A stretch of DNA of 64,000 nucleotides from an uncultured Candidatus Rokubacteria bacterium (GTDB taxonomy: Bacteria; Methylomirabilota; Methylomirabilia; Rokubacteriales; DASRDR01): contig CAWDVE010000022.1 of the NCBI GenBank assembly GCA_963805625.1, positions 15,194-79,193 on the forward strand, written 5' to 3'. Each line of letters opens with the position of its first letter. Position 1 is the first letter of the stretch. The notes under the pieces are model-generated. The model had not been told where the DNA came from, made no database searches, and was given only the letters and a program-made list of their open reading frames with translations. Shown one piece after another: positions 9,884 through 19,280 of the stretch. Position numbers and translations under genes: made by a program.

Positions 9884-12297
9884 ACGGCACGGATCTCATG
9901 GTCGCGGGAGCGGAGCCCGCGCATCACCAGCCACGCCCGCGCGTCGGACGGGTAGCCCCGGAGCGACTCATAGGCCGCGCGTCGCTCGGCAATCGAGCGG
10001 AAGGGGACCCAGCGCTCGCCGAAGAAGCGCGCGAGACGCGGCAGGGCCTCGGGGCGGCCCATCCGTCCGAGGGCCTGGAGCGCGGCCAGGCGAACCGCCC
10101 GGCGGCGCCCCCGGAAGTCCCAGGCGGCGAGCACGTCGAGGAGCGGCACGACCATCGTCGGCCCCCCGCGCTGACCTGCCAGCTCCACCGCGGCCGTGGC
10201 GGCGCGGGGGTCCGGGTCCGCGATCGCGCTCAGGAGGTACCCGTGCCCGATGGCGGGATCGAGCTCGAGCAGGCTCCGCAGCGCCTCGAGCCGAACCCGT
10301 AGATCGGCGTGCCCCGTCAGGCGGCGGACCGTCGCCAGCGACGAGCGGTCGCCCACGGCGCGCAGGAGCGCGATGATGTTGCGGAGGACGTACCAGTTGG
10401 GATCCATGAGCCAGCGCGTCGCCTCCGGGACCACGTCGGGACCGAGCGCGGACAGGAGATCGAAGACCCGCCGCCGGCGAACGCGGACCTTCTCCTCGAC
10501 GAGGACCTGGAGCAAGCTCCGGATCGCACCGGGCCCGAGGAGGCGGACCAGCCGGCCCGCGGCCGGCCCGGGCATCGCGCCCAGGGAGGCGGCGAGGGCC
10601 GACAGGGTCTCCGCCCCCGCGAGATGGTCGAGCTGGCGGCGCATCGCGGCCCGCGTCGGCTCGGGCACCGCCTCGTCGACGGCCAGGCGCGCCATGCCCT
10701 CGATGGCGAAGGCGGCCTCGTCGAGAGACCCCCGGGCCAGCGCTCCCTGGACCAGCTGCTCGAGCCTCGAGAGGACGGGCCCCGTCTTGTCGTCCGCGTG
10801 GTGGCCCAAGAGCTCGAGGAGCGTCTCGGTGAGCTGCCGGCCCACCGCCTCCTCCGTGAGCGTCCCTACGCGATCCCCGAGGGTCTCGAGCGTGCCGAGC
10901 ACGACGGGCGTCCGAGTCGGCCAGGCAAGCATGGCGCGCGCGAGGAGCGCCAGGTGGTCCTCCGGGTTGTACCGGTCAATGTCCTCCTCGCGGAACAGCG
11001 TGAGGAGCTCCCCGCGGAGGGCCTCGAGATCCCGGCTCGCCGGCGCGTCCGCGTCATCCGATTCGGTGCGTGTGGAGGCCAGGAGCTCCACGAGACGCTG
11101 GGCGTGACGCGAGAGCGGCACGCCCTCGGCTCCCAGCTGGCGCATCACGCGGAGCACGGGGTGCGCGCTCATGGAGGAGGTGAAGGCCTGCAGCGCCTCC
11201 TCGCCCTCGGGGTCGGTGGCCACGACACGCAGCGCGGCGCGCATGAGGCTCTCCCGGAGGGGCTCCGGGAGTCGCATGATCAGCTGCGCGGTCTGGCGAG
11301 CCGCGAGCGCGCGGCCCGCCCCGGACATCTCCTGGAAGTGCTCGGTCGTCGCGTCGGTCAGCCGGACGAGGAGCTGGGCGGGCGTCACCCCGGGGGGCGC
11401 TCCACTTCCGTCTGGCGTGGCCTCGTCCGTCGAAGCGCCGGAGCCTGCGGCCAGACCTGAGCCCTCGGACCAGGCTGAGCCCGGGGGGGCCATCGCGGCG
11501 GATTGCGGGGCTCCGTTCGGCTCCCGCGCGTCGTCCTCGCCGGCCCCGGAGCCGTTGCCAGTCCCGCCCGCGCTGCCCGCACCCTCGGCCGATCCCGCCA
11601 TGCCGGGTCCCGTGACCTCGCCGCTCCCGTCGGGCCTGGCGGCCTCGCTGCGCTCCCGGGCTGCCTGGGCCTTCAGGAAGTCCCTCAGCCAGACCACCAT
11701 CGCGAGTTCGGCTGGAACCACGGATCCCGTCCCGGGCTCATCGCCGCTCCAGGACGCGTCGCCGGGCGCTCCCCACTCGAGGACCACGTTGAGGAGACGG
11801 TCGCTGAGCGAGACACGGGCCTGCGGCGGGATTTCCGCCGGGGCCTCCGTCGTGTGGTCGGTCAACCGAACCGCCGAGTAGTCGAGGGGCTGGAGATAAA
11901 GGTGACGGGTTCCCGGGAGCCCCGCGGCCGGCGACCCGGGCTCGAGGGGGACGACCGGACCAGCAAGCCACTGTACGAGCGCTCGGAGCTCGTCCGGCTG
12001 GATGCCCCGGTCCATCCGCAGCACGGCGGCTTGCCGCTGGTAGAGCGCCTTTGCCAGCGCCCGCGCCTGGGCTGTCTCGAGAGTCCAGACGCCGACCCGG
12101 AGGTGGTTTCGCGAGACGCCGATGGCCACCGAGCCGTGAACCGACAGCATCCCGCCGACGCGCGTCTGCGCGGCGCCCACCGCCTGGGTCACGTTCGGAT
12201 GATCGGATGGATAGGCCGCCCAGGCCCGACAGGCGATCGCCAGCGACCGTATCGCCTCCAACACCAGGGAGCGGCCCTCGATCACCGGGTCCGCCAC
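9856..12297 (-). CDS. HEAT-repeat protein
   Basis: YPSDHP N-terminal motif like that of the HD-GYP neighbour, DPNWYVLRN, HADLRVRLEAL helical repeats; start inferred. Confidence 0.78.
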   Translation of the reverse strand: MADPVIEGRSLVLEAIRSLAIACRAWAAYPSDHPNVTQAVGAAQTRVGGMLSVHGSVAIGVSRNHLRVGVWTLETAQARALAKALYQRQAAVLRMDRGIQPDELRALVQWLAGPVVPLEPGSPAAGLPGTRHLYLQPLDYSAVRLTDHTTEAPAEIPPQARVSLSDRLLNVVLEWGAPGDASWSGDEPGTGSVVPAELAMVVWLRDFLKAQAARERSEAARPDGSGEVTGPGMAGSAEGAGSAGGTGNGSGAGEDDAREPNGAPQSAAMAPPGSAWSEGSGLAAGSGASTDEATPDGSGAPPGVTPAQLLVRLTDATTEHFQEMSGAGRALAARQTAQLIMRLPEPLRESLMRAALRVVATDPEGEEALQAFTSSMSAHPVLRVMRQLGAEGVPLSRHAQRLVELLASTRTESDDADAPASRDLEALRGELLTLFREEDIDRYNPEDHLALLARAMLAWPTRTPVVLGTLETLGDRVGTLTEEAVGRQLTETLLELLGHHADDKTGPVLSRLEQLVQGALARGSLDEAAFAIEGMARLAVDEAVPEPTRAAMRRQLDHLAGAETLSALAASLGAMPGPAAGRLVRLLGPGAIRSLLQVLVEEKVRVRRRRVFDLLSALGPDVVPEATRWLMDPNWYVLRNIIALLRAVGDRSSLATVRRLTGHADLRVRLEALRSLLELDPAIGHGYLLSAIADPDPRAATAAVELAGQRGGPTMVVPLLDVLAAWDFRGRRRAVRLAALQALGRMGRPEALPRLARFFGERWVPFRSIAERRAAYESLRGYPSDARAWLVMRGLRSRDHEIRAVCERLRSAG

Positions 12298-12586
12298 AGC
12301 CAGAATTCTAGGGCCGTTGGGCGGGGGAATCGAGGGAAATACGGCGCCCAGGATCGTCGGGCAGGCCACGGGGCTTGGGCGGGGCTGTCGATCCGGGCCG
12401 GGCCCGTTCGACCATATGGTGAGACGAGGCCGGCACGGCCGGAGCCGATCGGACCTCACCCGCCGGTTGCCCGGGGGCCCACGTCAGGACGCCCGTCCCC
12501 GAAGGGGTGGCGGCGGCCGAGGATCGCCTCGGCACGCCCGGCACATGGCGGCGCGGGTCCGGTGGCCGCCAGGAAGGAGACTCTGT

Positions 12587-13210
12587 GTGGGAAAGGTGTT
12601 CGTCGATATCGGAATGTCCCTCGATGGCTTCATCGCGGGCCCAAATGGCGTCCCGGGAATCCCCTCGGCGATGGCGGCCTCGCGATCCATCAGTGGGTGT
12701 TTCAGCTGGCGAGCTTTCGCGAGCTCATGGGAATGGCCGGCGGCGACGTCAATCGGGACGACGAGATCGTGAGAGCCGTGTTTACCCGCGCCGGGGCCTA
12801 CGTGATGGGCAGGCGGATGTTCGAGGAGGGCGAGGTGGGCTGGTCGTCGAATCCTCCGTTCCGCGCGCCGGTGTTCGTCCTCACGCATCATCCGCGGGAG
12901 CCGTGGGTCCGGGAGGGAGGGACGACGTTTTTCTTCGCCACCGACGGCATCGACGCGGCGCTCGAGAGTGCCAGGAGAGCGGCGGGGAGGAAGGATGTCC
13001 GGATCTCGGGCGGGTGCGAACACCGTTCAGCAGTTCATGAGGGCGGGAGTCGTGGACGAGCTGACGATTCATTTCGTCCCCGTGCCGCTCGGGACCGGCG
13101 TCAAGGCGCTCGATCATCTGGGGCCGCAACCCGCGACCCTGGAGCGGCTGGGCGTGATCGATTCGCCGCTCGTGACGCACCTGTCCTATCGTGTGACCAG
13201 AAAGTCGTAA
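12587..13210 (+). pseudogene. Dihydrofolate-reductase-family (RibD C-terminal) protein, two frameshifts
   Basis: MSLDGFIAGPNG / VMGRRMF..PVFVLTH / GANTVQQF..VDEL pieces lie in different frames; AGGAG RBS. Confidence 0.8.
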
Positions 13211-13279
13211 AGGCAGGCGGAGATCGAGGCTGGGCGGCTCCGCCGCACCGGACGACAAACGACAAGAGGAGACGATGAG

Positions 13280-13753
13280 ATGCAGCGGATCATGCCGTGC
13301 CTGTGGTTCGACGACCAGGCCGACCAGGCAGCGCGCTTCTATACCTCGATCTTCGAGAACTCCAAGATCGACACGGTCACTCACTACGGCGAGGGTGGAC
13401 CTCGGCCGAAGGGCAGCGTGCTGACCGTGAAGTTCCGGCTCGACGGGCAGGAGTTCCTCGCGCTGAATGGCGGGCCCTTGTTCAAGTTCACGGAGGCCGT
13501 CTCGTTCATCGTGAACTGCGAGACGCAAGAGGAAGTGGACCGGCTGTGGGAGACGCTCTCCGAGGGCGGAGAGCAGGTCCAGTGCGGCTGGCTGAAGGAC
13601 AGGTACGGACTCTCGTGGCAGATCGTTCCGACGATCCTGGGCGAGCTGATCGGCGATCCGGATCCCGCGCGGGCAAGCCGAGTCTTCCAGGCGATGATGG
13701 GCATGAAGAAGCTCGACATCAAGGGACTGAAAGAGGCCGCCGGGCGGCAGTAG
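13280..13753 (+). CDS. VOC family / PhnB-like (3-demethylubiquinone-9 3-methyltransferase family) protein
   Basis: PCLWFDDQA, F.ALNGGP.FKFTEAVSF, CGWLKDRYGLSWQIVP. Confidence 0.9.
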   Translation: MQRIMPCLWFDDQADQAARFYTSIFENSKIDTVTHYGEGGPRPKGSVLTVKFRLDGQEFLALNGGPLFKFTEAVSFIVNCETQEEVDRLWETLSEGGEQVQCGWLKDRYGLSWQIVPTILGELIGDPDPARASRVFQAMMGMKKLDIKGLKEAAGRQ

Positions 13754-13998
13754 AGGGGCGGTCGCGGGCATAGTTTTCGGGCGTAGCGAGATCGGCCGCC
13801 GCAGACTCGCTCGTATGAGCGTTGGCTACTGATTCAGGAATCGGGGGAACTCATCGGGATCCACCTGCGCGTCGGGCATTAGGTGGCCGACTGTACATGC
13901 ACGTGCATGCATCAGCAAATCCGAAGGGCACTTGCCACGAAGGCCAGTGGTCACCCGGGCATAGTTTGGGCATAGTGTGGTCAGGGCTGCCCTTGACC
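13753..13998. mobile_element. Internally deleted miniature copy of the 32204-37562 island
   Basis: R-arm repeat 13753-13800, hicA 3' end homolog 13826-13885, CATGCACGTGCATGCAT 13896-13912, L-arm GGGCATAGTTTGGGCATAGT..CCTTGACC 13943-13998. Confidence 0.75.
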
Positions 13999-14015
13999 AC
14001 AGGCCCCAACAAACC

Positions 14016-16862
14016 TCACGCCTCATTCACAAGCAGCGCCACAGGAAAGCTACTGAACACGTCGGCCAGTAACAGAGCTCCGCGGTCCACCGTGAGGCGC
14101 TCACCGGTCAGTGGATTGACAAGCCATGGTCCGGCGTCGGGCGGCACGAGCAGCCTGGTCTCGTCGCCCCAGTAACTCTTGCCGAGCGGAAGCTGTTCGA
14201 ACCCACGGCGGGCCAGCAGGCGGGGGACGATCGTGAGCGCGATGGCCCCCTTCGCGACTCGACCGAAGGCGAGTACGTATTCGGCGAGTGGTCCGCGGCT
14301 TTCCAGGAGCCTGTACTCGCCGTCATCGAAGAGTGCCGCGTGCGCGTTGCGACACGCAAGAGCGTGACGGATCAGGTAGAGTTTGACCCGACCGTCATCT
14401 TTTCCGTCTACAAGCTTCCGGATGTAGGCCGCCCGATCCGGAGCGGTGTCCGCCGCTTTTGTCAGCTCCTCGAGCATGTGTCGTCGCAGTTGCCAGTCGA
14501 CAGGACGCCGATTGTCGGGATCGACCAGGTTGAGATCCCAGAGCTCGCTGCCCTGGTAGAAGTCGGGAACGCCCGGAGCCGTGATCTTGACGAGGGTCTG
14601 GGCCAGCGAGTTGAACGCGCCGTAGTGCGCAACGCGGGCCTGAAATGGGACGAAATTCTCGAGAAAACGGGACGAGCGCACAGGATCGAGGATCGCTTCG
14701 GCGAAGCGCGTGATGGCGTTGTCATAGCGCGTGTTCGGATTGATCCAGCTCGTATGCGATTTGGCTTCACGGATCGCCTTCAAGAGGTAGGCGCGGAACC
14801 GCTCGATGCCGATGGGCCAGGCCCCGACGAGCGTTTGGTAGATCAGATACTCGGTATTCGCCCCCGGCGTCGGCTGGGCGTCGACGGTCGTGCGGTGACT
14901 TCGGTTCAGCTTCCGCCAGACGCTGACTCGGTGCCGCCATTCATCCGGAATCTCCGAGAGGACGTTGATCCGGGCCCGCATGTCCTCGCCCCGCTTGGCG
15001 TCGTGGGTGGACGTGGCGGACAGCCCATGTGGGTACGTCTGCTGCCGCTCGACCATGGCGGTATGGAACTCCGTCACCGGGGTCCCGAAGCGGCTCGGGT
15101 CGGCTCCGACCTCGTTGAGCGACACCAACCGGTTGAATCGGTAAAGTGCGGTGTCCTCGTACCCCTTGGCGGTCACCGGCGAGGTGATCTGCTGGAACCG
15201 CATGGCGAACTCGAGCCGCTCGCGCCGTTCAGCATCCTGCGCCCAGGGCGGGAACCGCAGCGTGAGGATGTCCTGGATCCAGTCGTAGATCGACGGACTG
15301 GTGAGTGGCGAGCGGCGCTTCGCCTGCGCCACCGCCCGGGCGATGAACTCGCGGTCGTGCTCGCTCACGCCTCGCTGATCCTCACCCACGTAGGTGCGGT
15401 AGACAGGAAAGTTCGCGACGATCTCGGTCAGCGCGTGCGCGAGGCTGCCGAGCGTGAAGTCACGGGAAGACCGATGCTTCTCCGAGATCGCGTTCAGCCG
15501 GTTCGCGAGCATGTTGAGCTCGGAGGACATCGACGTCTGCATGACGAGTCGCTTGCATTCGTAGACGATCTCCCCAAAGGGCGGGCGCTCTTTGATCAAC
15601 CGGGCGTACAGATGCTCCATCGCCCGCGCCTGGCTGCGGTCGACGAAGATCCCATTGAGGAGGTTGAGGAAATCGTAGCCGGTTGTACCCGCGATGGGCC
15701 AGCTCTGCGGCAGCGACTCGCCCGGGCTCAGAATCTTCTCGGCCACGATGAAAAATGGTCCATCGACACCTGGAGCGGCGCGGGCACACTCGCGTTGCAG
15801 GCTCCGGAAGTATTCGGCCGGGGCGTAGAGCCCGTCTGGATGGTCGACACGGAGCCCGGTGACCCGCCCGGCACCGACGAGACGAAAGACGAGCCGGTGA
15901 GTCTCGGCGAAGACGTCCGGGTCCTCCATACGGATGGCCGCGAGCTCATTGATGTCGAAGAAGCGTCGGTAGTTGATCTCCTCGCCGGCCACCCGCCAGA
16001 ACGCGACTCGGTAAGCCTGCTCACCCAGCAGCTCGTCGAGAAGGTCGAAAGACCGCGGGTCCTCGGGCGTCCCGTTGAAGCGGCGGATGGTCTCGTCGAG
16101 GAACGTCTGCACCTCGGGAGACTGCCGCAGTAAGGCCGCCAGGCGCTCGACTCCCGCCGTTTTGTCCTGAAGGCGCCCCCTCGCTCGCTCCCGGTCCCGG
16201 TCGGGCCGCGGGGCAAGGGCTGCGAACCAGGTGGTAAGAGCCTTCAGCTCCAACAGACCGGGGTGCGACGGCCCCACCGTGGCTTCAAGCTCGTCGATCC
16301 GATGCCCGAGGACGCGGCTGTAAGACCGCGGGGCGATCGGCAGGACCGTCTCGTCATAGCGAACGGTGAGGACGCCGTCATTCAGCTCGAGGCGTAGTTC
16401 CCCACGCTCCAGCACGATGCCGTACTGGTCGCCGAGAACGGGCAGCAGTACCTTTCCGGCTAGCTCAGGTTTGGCGGGGTTCCAATCGATATCGAATACG
16501 TGAGCGAAACGAGAGTCGGCCCCGTGCTCGAGGACGTCCAGCCACCAACGGTTGCGATTCCCGGCGATACCCATGTGGTTCGGGACCAGATCGACGAGCA
16601 GGCCCAGGCCGTGCTGGCGGAGTGCGTCCGAGAATCGCACGAAGGCGGACTCGCCGCCGAGCTCCTCACGGATTCGATTGTGATCGGAGACGTCATAGCC
16701 GTGCGAGGCGTCCGAACTCGTTTCGAAGAAAGGCGAGACATAGCAGTCGGAGATGCCCAGGGCCGCGAGGTAGGGGACGAGCCCGGCCGCATCGTCGAAC
16801 GTGAGCCGAGGCCCGAGCTGGAGACGATACGTGGCGAGCGGAATCCGGGGCGAGGCCGGCAT
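14016..16862 (-). CDS. treY: Malto-oligosyltrehalose synthase
   Basis: ATYRLQ, SHGYDV, DLVPNHM, INYRRFFDI, GLRVDHPDGL, TSTHD.KRGED, PGVPDFYQG, LVDPDNRRPVD. Confidence 0.95.
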   Translation of the reverse strand: MPASPRIPLATYRLQLGPRLTFDDAAGLVPYLAALGISDCYVSPFFETSSDASHGYDVSDHNRIREELGGESAFVRFSDALRQHGLGLLVDLVPNHMGIAGNRNRWWLDVLEHGADSRFAHVFDIDWNPAKPELAGKVLLPVLGDQYGIVLERGELRLELNDGVLTVRYDETVLPIAPRSYSRVLGHRIDELEATVGPSHPGLLELKALTTWFAALAPRPDRDRERARGRLQDKTAGVERLAALLRQSPEVQTFLDETIRRFNGTPEDPRSFDLLDELLGEQAYRVAFWRVAGEEINYRRFFDINELAAIRMEDPDVFAETHRLVFRLVGAGRVTGLRVDHPDGLYAPAEYFRSLQRECARAAPGVDGPFFIVAEKILSPGESLPQSWPIAGTTGYDFLNLLNGIFVDRSQARAMEHLYARLIKERPPFGEIVYECKRLVMQTSMSSELNMLANRLNAISEKHRSSRDFTLGSLAHALTEIVANFPVYRTYVGEDQRGVSEHDREFIARAVAQAKRRSPLTSPSIYDWIQDILTLRFPPWAQDAERRERLEFAMRFQQITSPVTAKGYEDTALYRFNRLVSLNEVGADPSRFGTPVTEFHTAMVERQQTYPHGLSATSTHDAKRGEDMRARINVLSEIPDEWRHRVSVWRKLNRSHRTTVDAQPTPGANTEYLIYQTLVGAWPIGIERFRAYLLKAIREAKSHTSWINPNTRYDNAITRFAEAILDPVRSSRFLENFVPFQARVAHYGAFNSLAQTLVKITAPGVPDFYQGSELWDLNLVDPDNRRPVDWQLRRHMLEELTKAADTAPDRAAYIRKLVDGKDDGRVKLYLIRHALACRNAHAALFDDGEYRLLESRGPLAEYVLAFGRVAKGAIALTIVPRLLARRGFEQLPLGKSYWGDETRLLVPPDAGPWLVNPLTGERLTVDRGALLLADVFSSFPVALLVNEA

Positions 16863-16865
16863 TGT

Positions 16866-19280
16866 CTACGGGGTCGCTTGGCCCGCCAGGGCGAAGCCGA
16901 GCGCATCAAGCAGGGGCCGCAGCGTGTCACGCGCCTCCGGGTGGTCGCGCCACAGCGCGAAGACCCGGTTCTGCGTGTGCCAGAGCCCGAACCGGAGGCC
17001 GATCCGCCTGGCCCCGAGGACAAGTGTGACGAGAGGGGCCACCCGCTCCGCCGTCATCTGCTCGGCCAGTGCGTCCAGGCTCCGCCCGACCATCAGCCTG
17101 ATGCTGGGGCGGACCGCGGCGCAGTCCAGCTCGAGCCCCAGGGAGCGTGCCTCCTCTGAGATCTCGAAGGCCCTCTCTGGCAGCGTGGTCGAATCGGCGG
17201 CGCGCCCGAGCTCGGCCACGAGCTCCTCCTCGAGGACGAACTTGGCGGTGATGCCGAGGACCTCGGGGATCGGGGCGTCGGCCTGGCGCAGATACCGGAC
17301 CAGCTTGCGGCTATCTTCCCAGACGCGCCGGTACGTTTGCTCGTGCTTGCTGAGCACCGCCTGTATCACGCCGGCCAGCACGCGTCGGCGCTGCTCGAGG
17401 AACAGGTGCGTCAGGGAGAACAGGCCCTCGGGGAAGTGCTCATCGAGCCCTCGCACCGTATCGGCCATGCTGCGCTGAGCGTACCGACGCAGCAGATCGG
17501 CCTTCATCGTGTCATAGGCGGCCGGTTCCTCGTAAGTCCGGATGCCGCACGAGAAGTCGTGGCCCCCGAAGTGCAGCACGGTGTACTGGAGGTCCTCACT
17601 CTGGCCGGTGATCTCGGAGGCGACCCGGACATGCCCGACGCGTAGCCGGCTCCCCTCGTGGCTGTCACCGACATCGTCGAGCCGCTTGACCAGCCACGCG
17701 TAGATGGACGCCTCGTCCGGATACTCCTCGAACAAACCACTGATCGCGTAGTGGGCGACAACCCGGCGCAGGTCGACGACGGCTGGCTTGATCAACGCGC
17801 GATAGACGTCGCCGCCGTTCGCGAAGAGCGCCACGTTGGTCGGGGCGGCTTCGAGCCGCCGGATGAATTCGTTCTCCAGGTCTTCGCCCCCAAGGTCCCT
17901 CAGGTACTGCAGGGCCATGGCCGCGTACTTCAGGATCTGGGTGGGCTCGAGCGCCGAGATGTCGTCGAAGAACCATCCGCAGGACGTGTACATGAGCAGC
18001 CGATTGCGCTCCATCTCGAGCAACCGGCGAGTCTCCACCTGAGCGGCGGCGTCCAGCAGGACTCGCCGATGACGAGCAAGCCAGGTGGCCAGTCCGTCCC
18101 GACTGCGATCGAGGATCACGTCGATGTACGCGTCCCGTGCCTCCCAGGGGCTCTTGAGGAGGGCTGAGGCGTGCGATTCGTAGAAGGCGTCGATGTGGTC
18201 CCGCAGCCAATCTAGTGCCTCGCGCAGGGGGGCGCGCCAGCGTTGATGCCAGTCCGCGCGCGTCCTGCATCCGCAATCGCTCCGCCACCGGTCGACCCCA
18301 TGGGCACAGCTCCACGAGGTGAGCTCCCGAATCTCGACCTCGAAGATGGGCGGCTGTTCGGCCAGGAATACGCCGTAGTTCGTCAGCGCTGCAAGCCCGT
18401 CCGCCTCGATCTGGGCGATCGCGGCCGCCAACGCCATGTCCCCGAAGGGCTTGTGGTGGCCGTAGGACTCGCCGTCGGTGGCGCAGTGGACGAGCTGCGC
18501 CCCATCGCGGTCCGGGACGAAGCCGTCCTTCAGGCGCGCGACGAGGTTCTCGCCCCGGTCGAGGGCGTTCTCGAAGGCGATGGCTCGCGAAATCGGTCCG
18601 TCGTAGAAGAAGATACTGAGCGTCCGGCCTTCAGACCCGCGCCAGAGATAGGGCCGACTCGGATCGACCCGATCGTTGACTTCCTGCCACGGCTCGGTGC
18701 CGATGCGGCGGATACGCCAGGCCTGGTGAGGCGCCAGGATCGTGAACTTCATTCCCGCATCAGCGAGCACCTCGAGTGACTCGTTGTCGACGGCGGTCTC
18801 CGACAGCCACATTCCCTCGGGGTCGCGTCCGAATCGCTCCTGGAAATCCTTCCGGCCCCATGAGACCTGCGTCACCTTGTCGCGCCGCGAGGCCAGCGGC
18901 AGGATCATGTGATTGTAGACTTGGGCAATGGCGTTGCCGTGACCGCCGTGGGCCTGTGCGCTGCGACGGTCGGCCTCGAGGATGCTCTGGTAGACGTGAG
19001 GCGCCTGGCGGTCGAGCCACGAGAGGAGGGTGGGTCCGACATTGAACGAGATCTTTTCGAAGTTGTTGACGATGTCGATGATGCGGTTGTCCTGGCCGAC
19101 CCGGCGGGCGGCGGTGTTCGGCGCGTAGCACTCCGCCGTCACACGCTCGTTCCAGTCATGATGGGGCGCGGCTGAATCCTGAACTTCGACCGCCTCGAGC
19201 CACGGATTCTCGCGCGGTGGCTGGTAGAAGTGGCCGTGGATAGCGACGTAGCGGGCACCCGTCGGAGGACGCTCATTCAT
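16866..19280 (-). CDS. GH57 family glycoside hydrolase (DUF3536)
   Basis: IHGHFYQPPRENPW, ATDGESYGHH, SWSCAHGV.RW, MYTSCGWFFDD. Confidence 0.9.
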   Translation of the reverse strand: MNERPPTGARYVAIHGHFYQPPRENPWLEAVEVQDSAAPHHDWNERVTAECYAPNTAARRVGQDNRIIDIVNNFEKISFNVGPTLLSWLDRQAPHVYQSILEADRRSAQAHGGHGNAIAQVYNHMILPLASRRDKVTQVSWGRKDFQERFGRDPEGMWLSETAVDNESLEVLADAGMKFTILAPHQAWRIRRIGTEPWQEVNDRVDPSRPYLWRGSEGRTLSIFFYDGPISRAIAFENALDRGENLVARLKDGFVPDRDGAQLVHCATDGESYGHHKPFGDMALAAAIAQIEADGLAALTNYGVFLAEQPPIFEVEIRELTSWSCAHGVDRWRSDCGCRTRADWHQRWRAPLREALDWLRDHIDAFYESHASALLKSPWEARDAYIDVILDRSRDGLATWLARHRRVLLDAAAQVETRRLLEMERNRLLMYTSCGWFFDDISALEPTQILKYAAMALQYLRDLGGEDLENEFIRRLEAAPTNVALFANGGDVYRALIKPAVVDLRRVVAHYAISGLFEEYPDEASIYAWLVKRLDDVGDSHEGSRLRVGHVRVASEITGQSEDLQYTVLHFGGHDFSCGIRTYEEPAAYDTMKADLLRRYAQRSMADTVRGLDEHFPEGLFSLTHLFLEQRRRVLAGVIQAVLSKHEQTYRRVWEDSRKLVRYLRQADAPIPEVLGITAKFVLEEELVAELGRAADSTTLPERAFEISEEARSLGLELDCAAVRPSIRLMVGRSLDALAEQMTAERVAPLVTLVLGARRIGLRFGLWHTQNRVFALWRDHPEARDTLRPLLDALGFALAGQATP

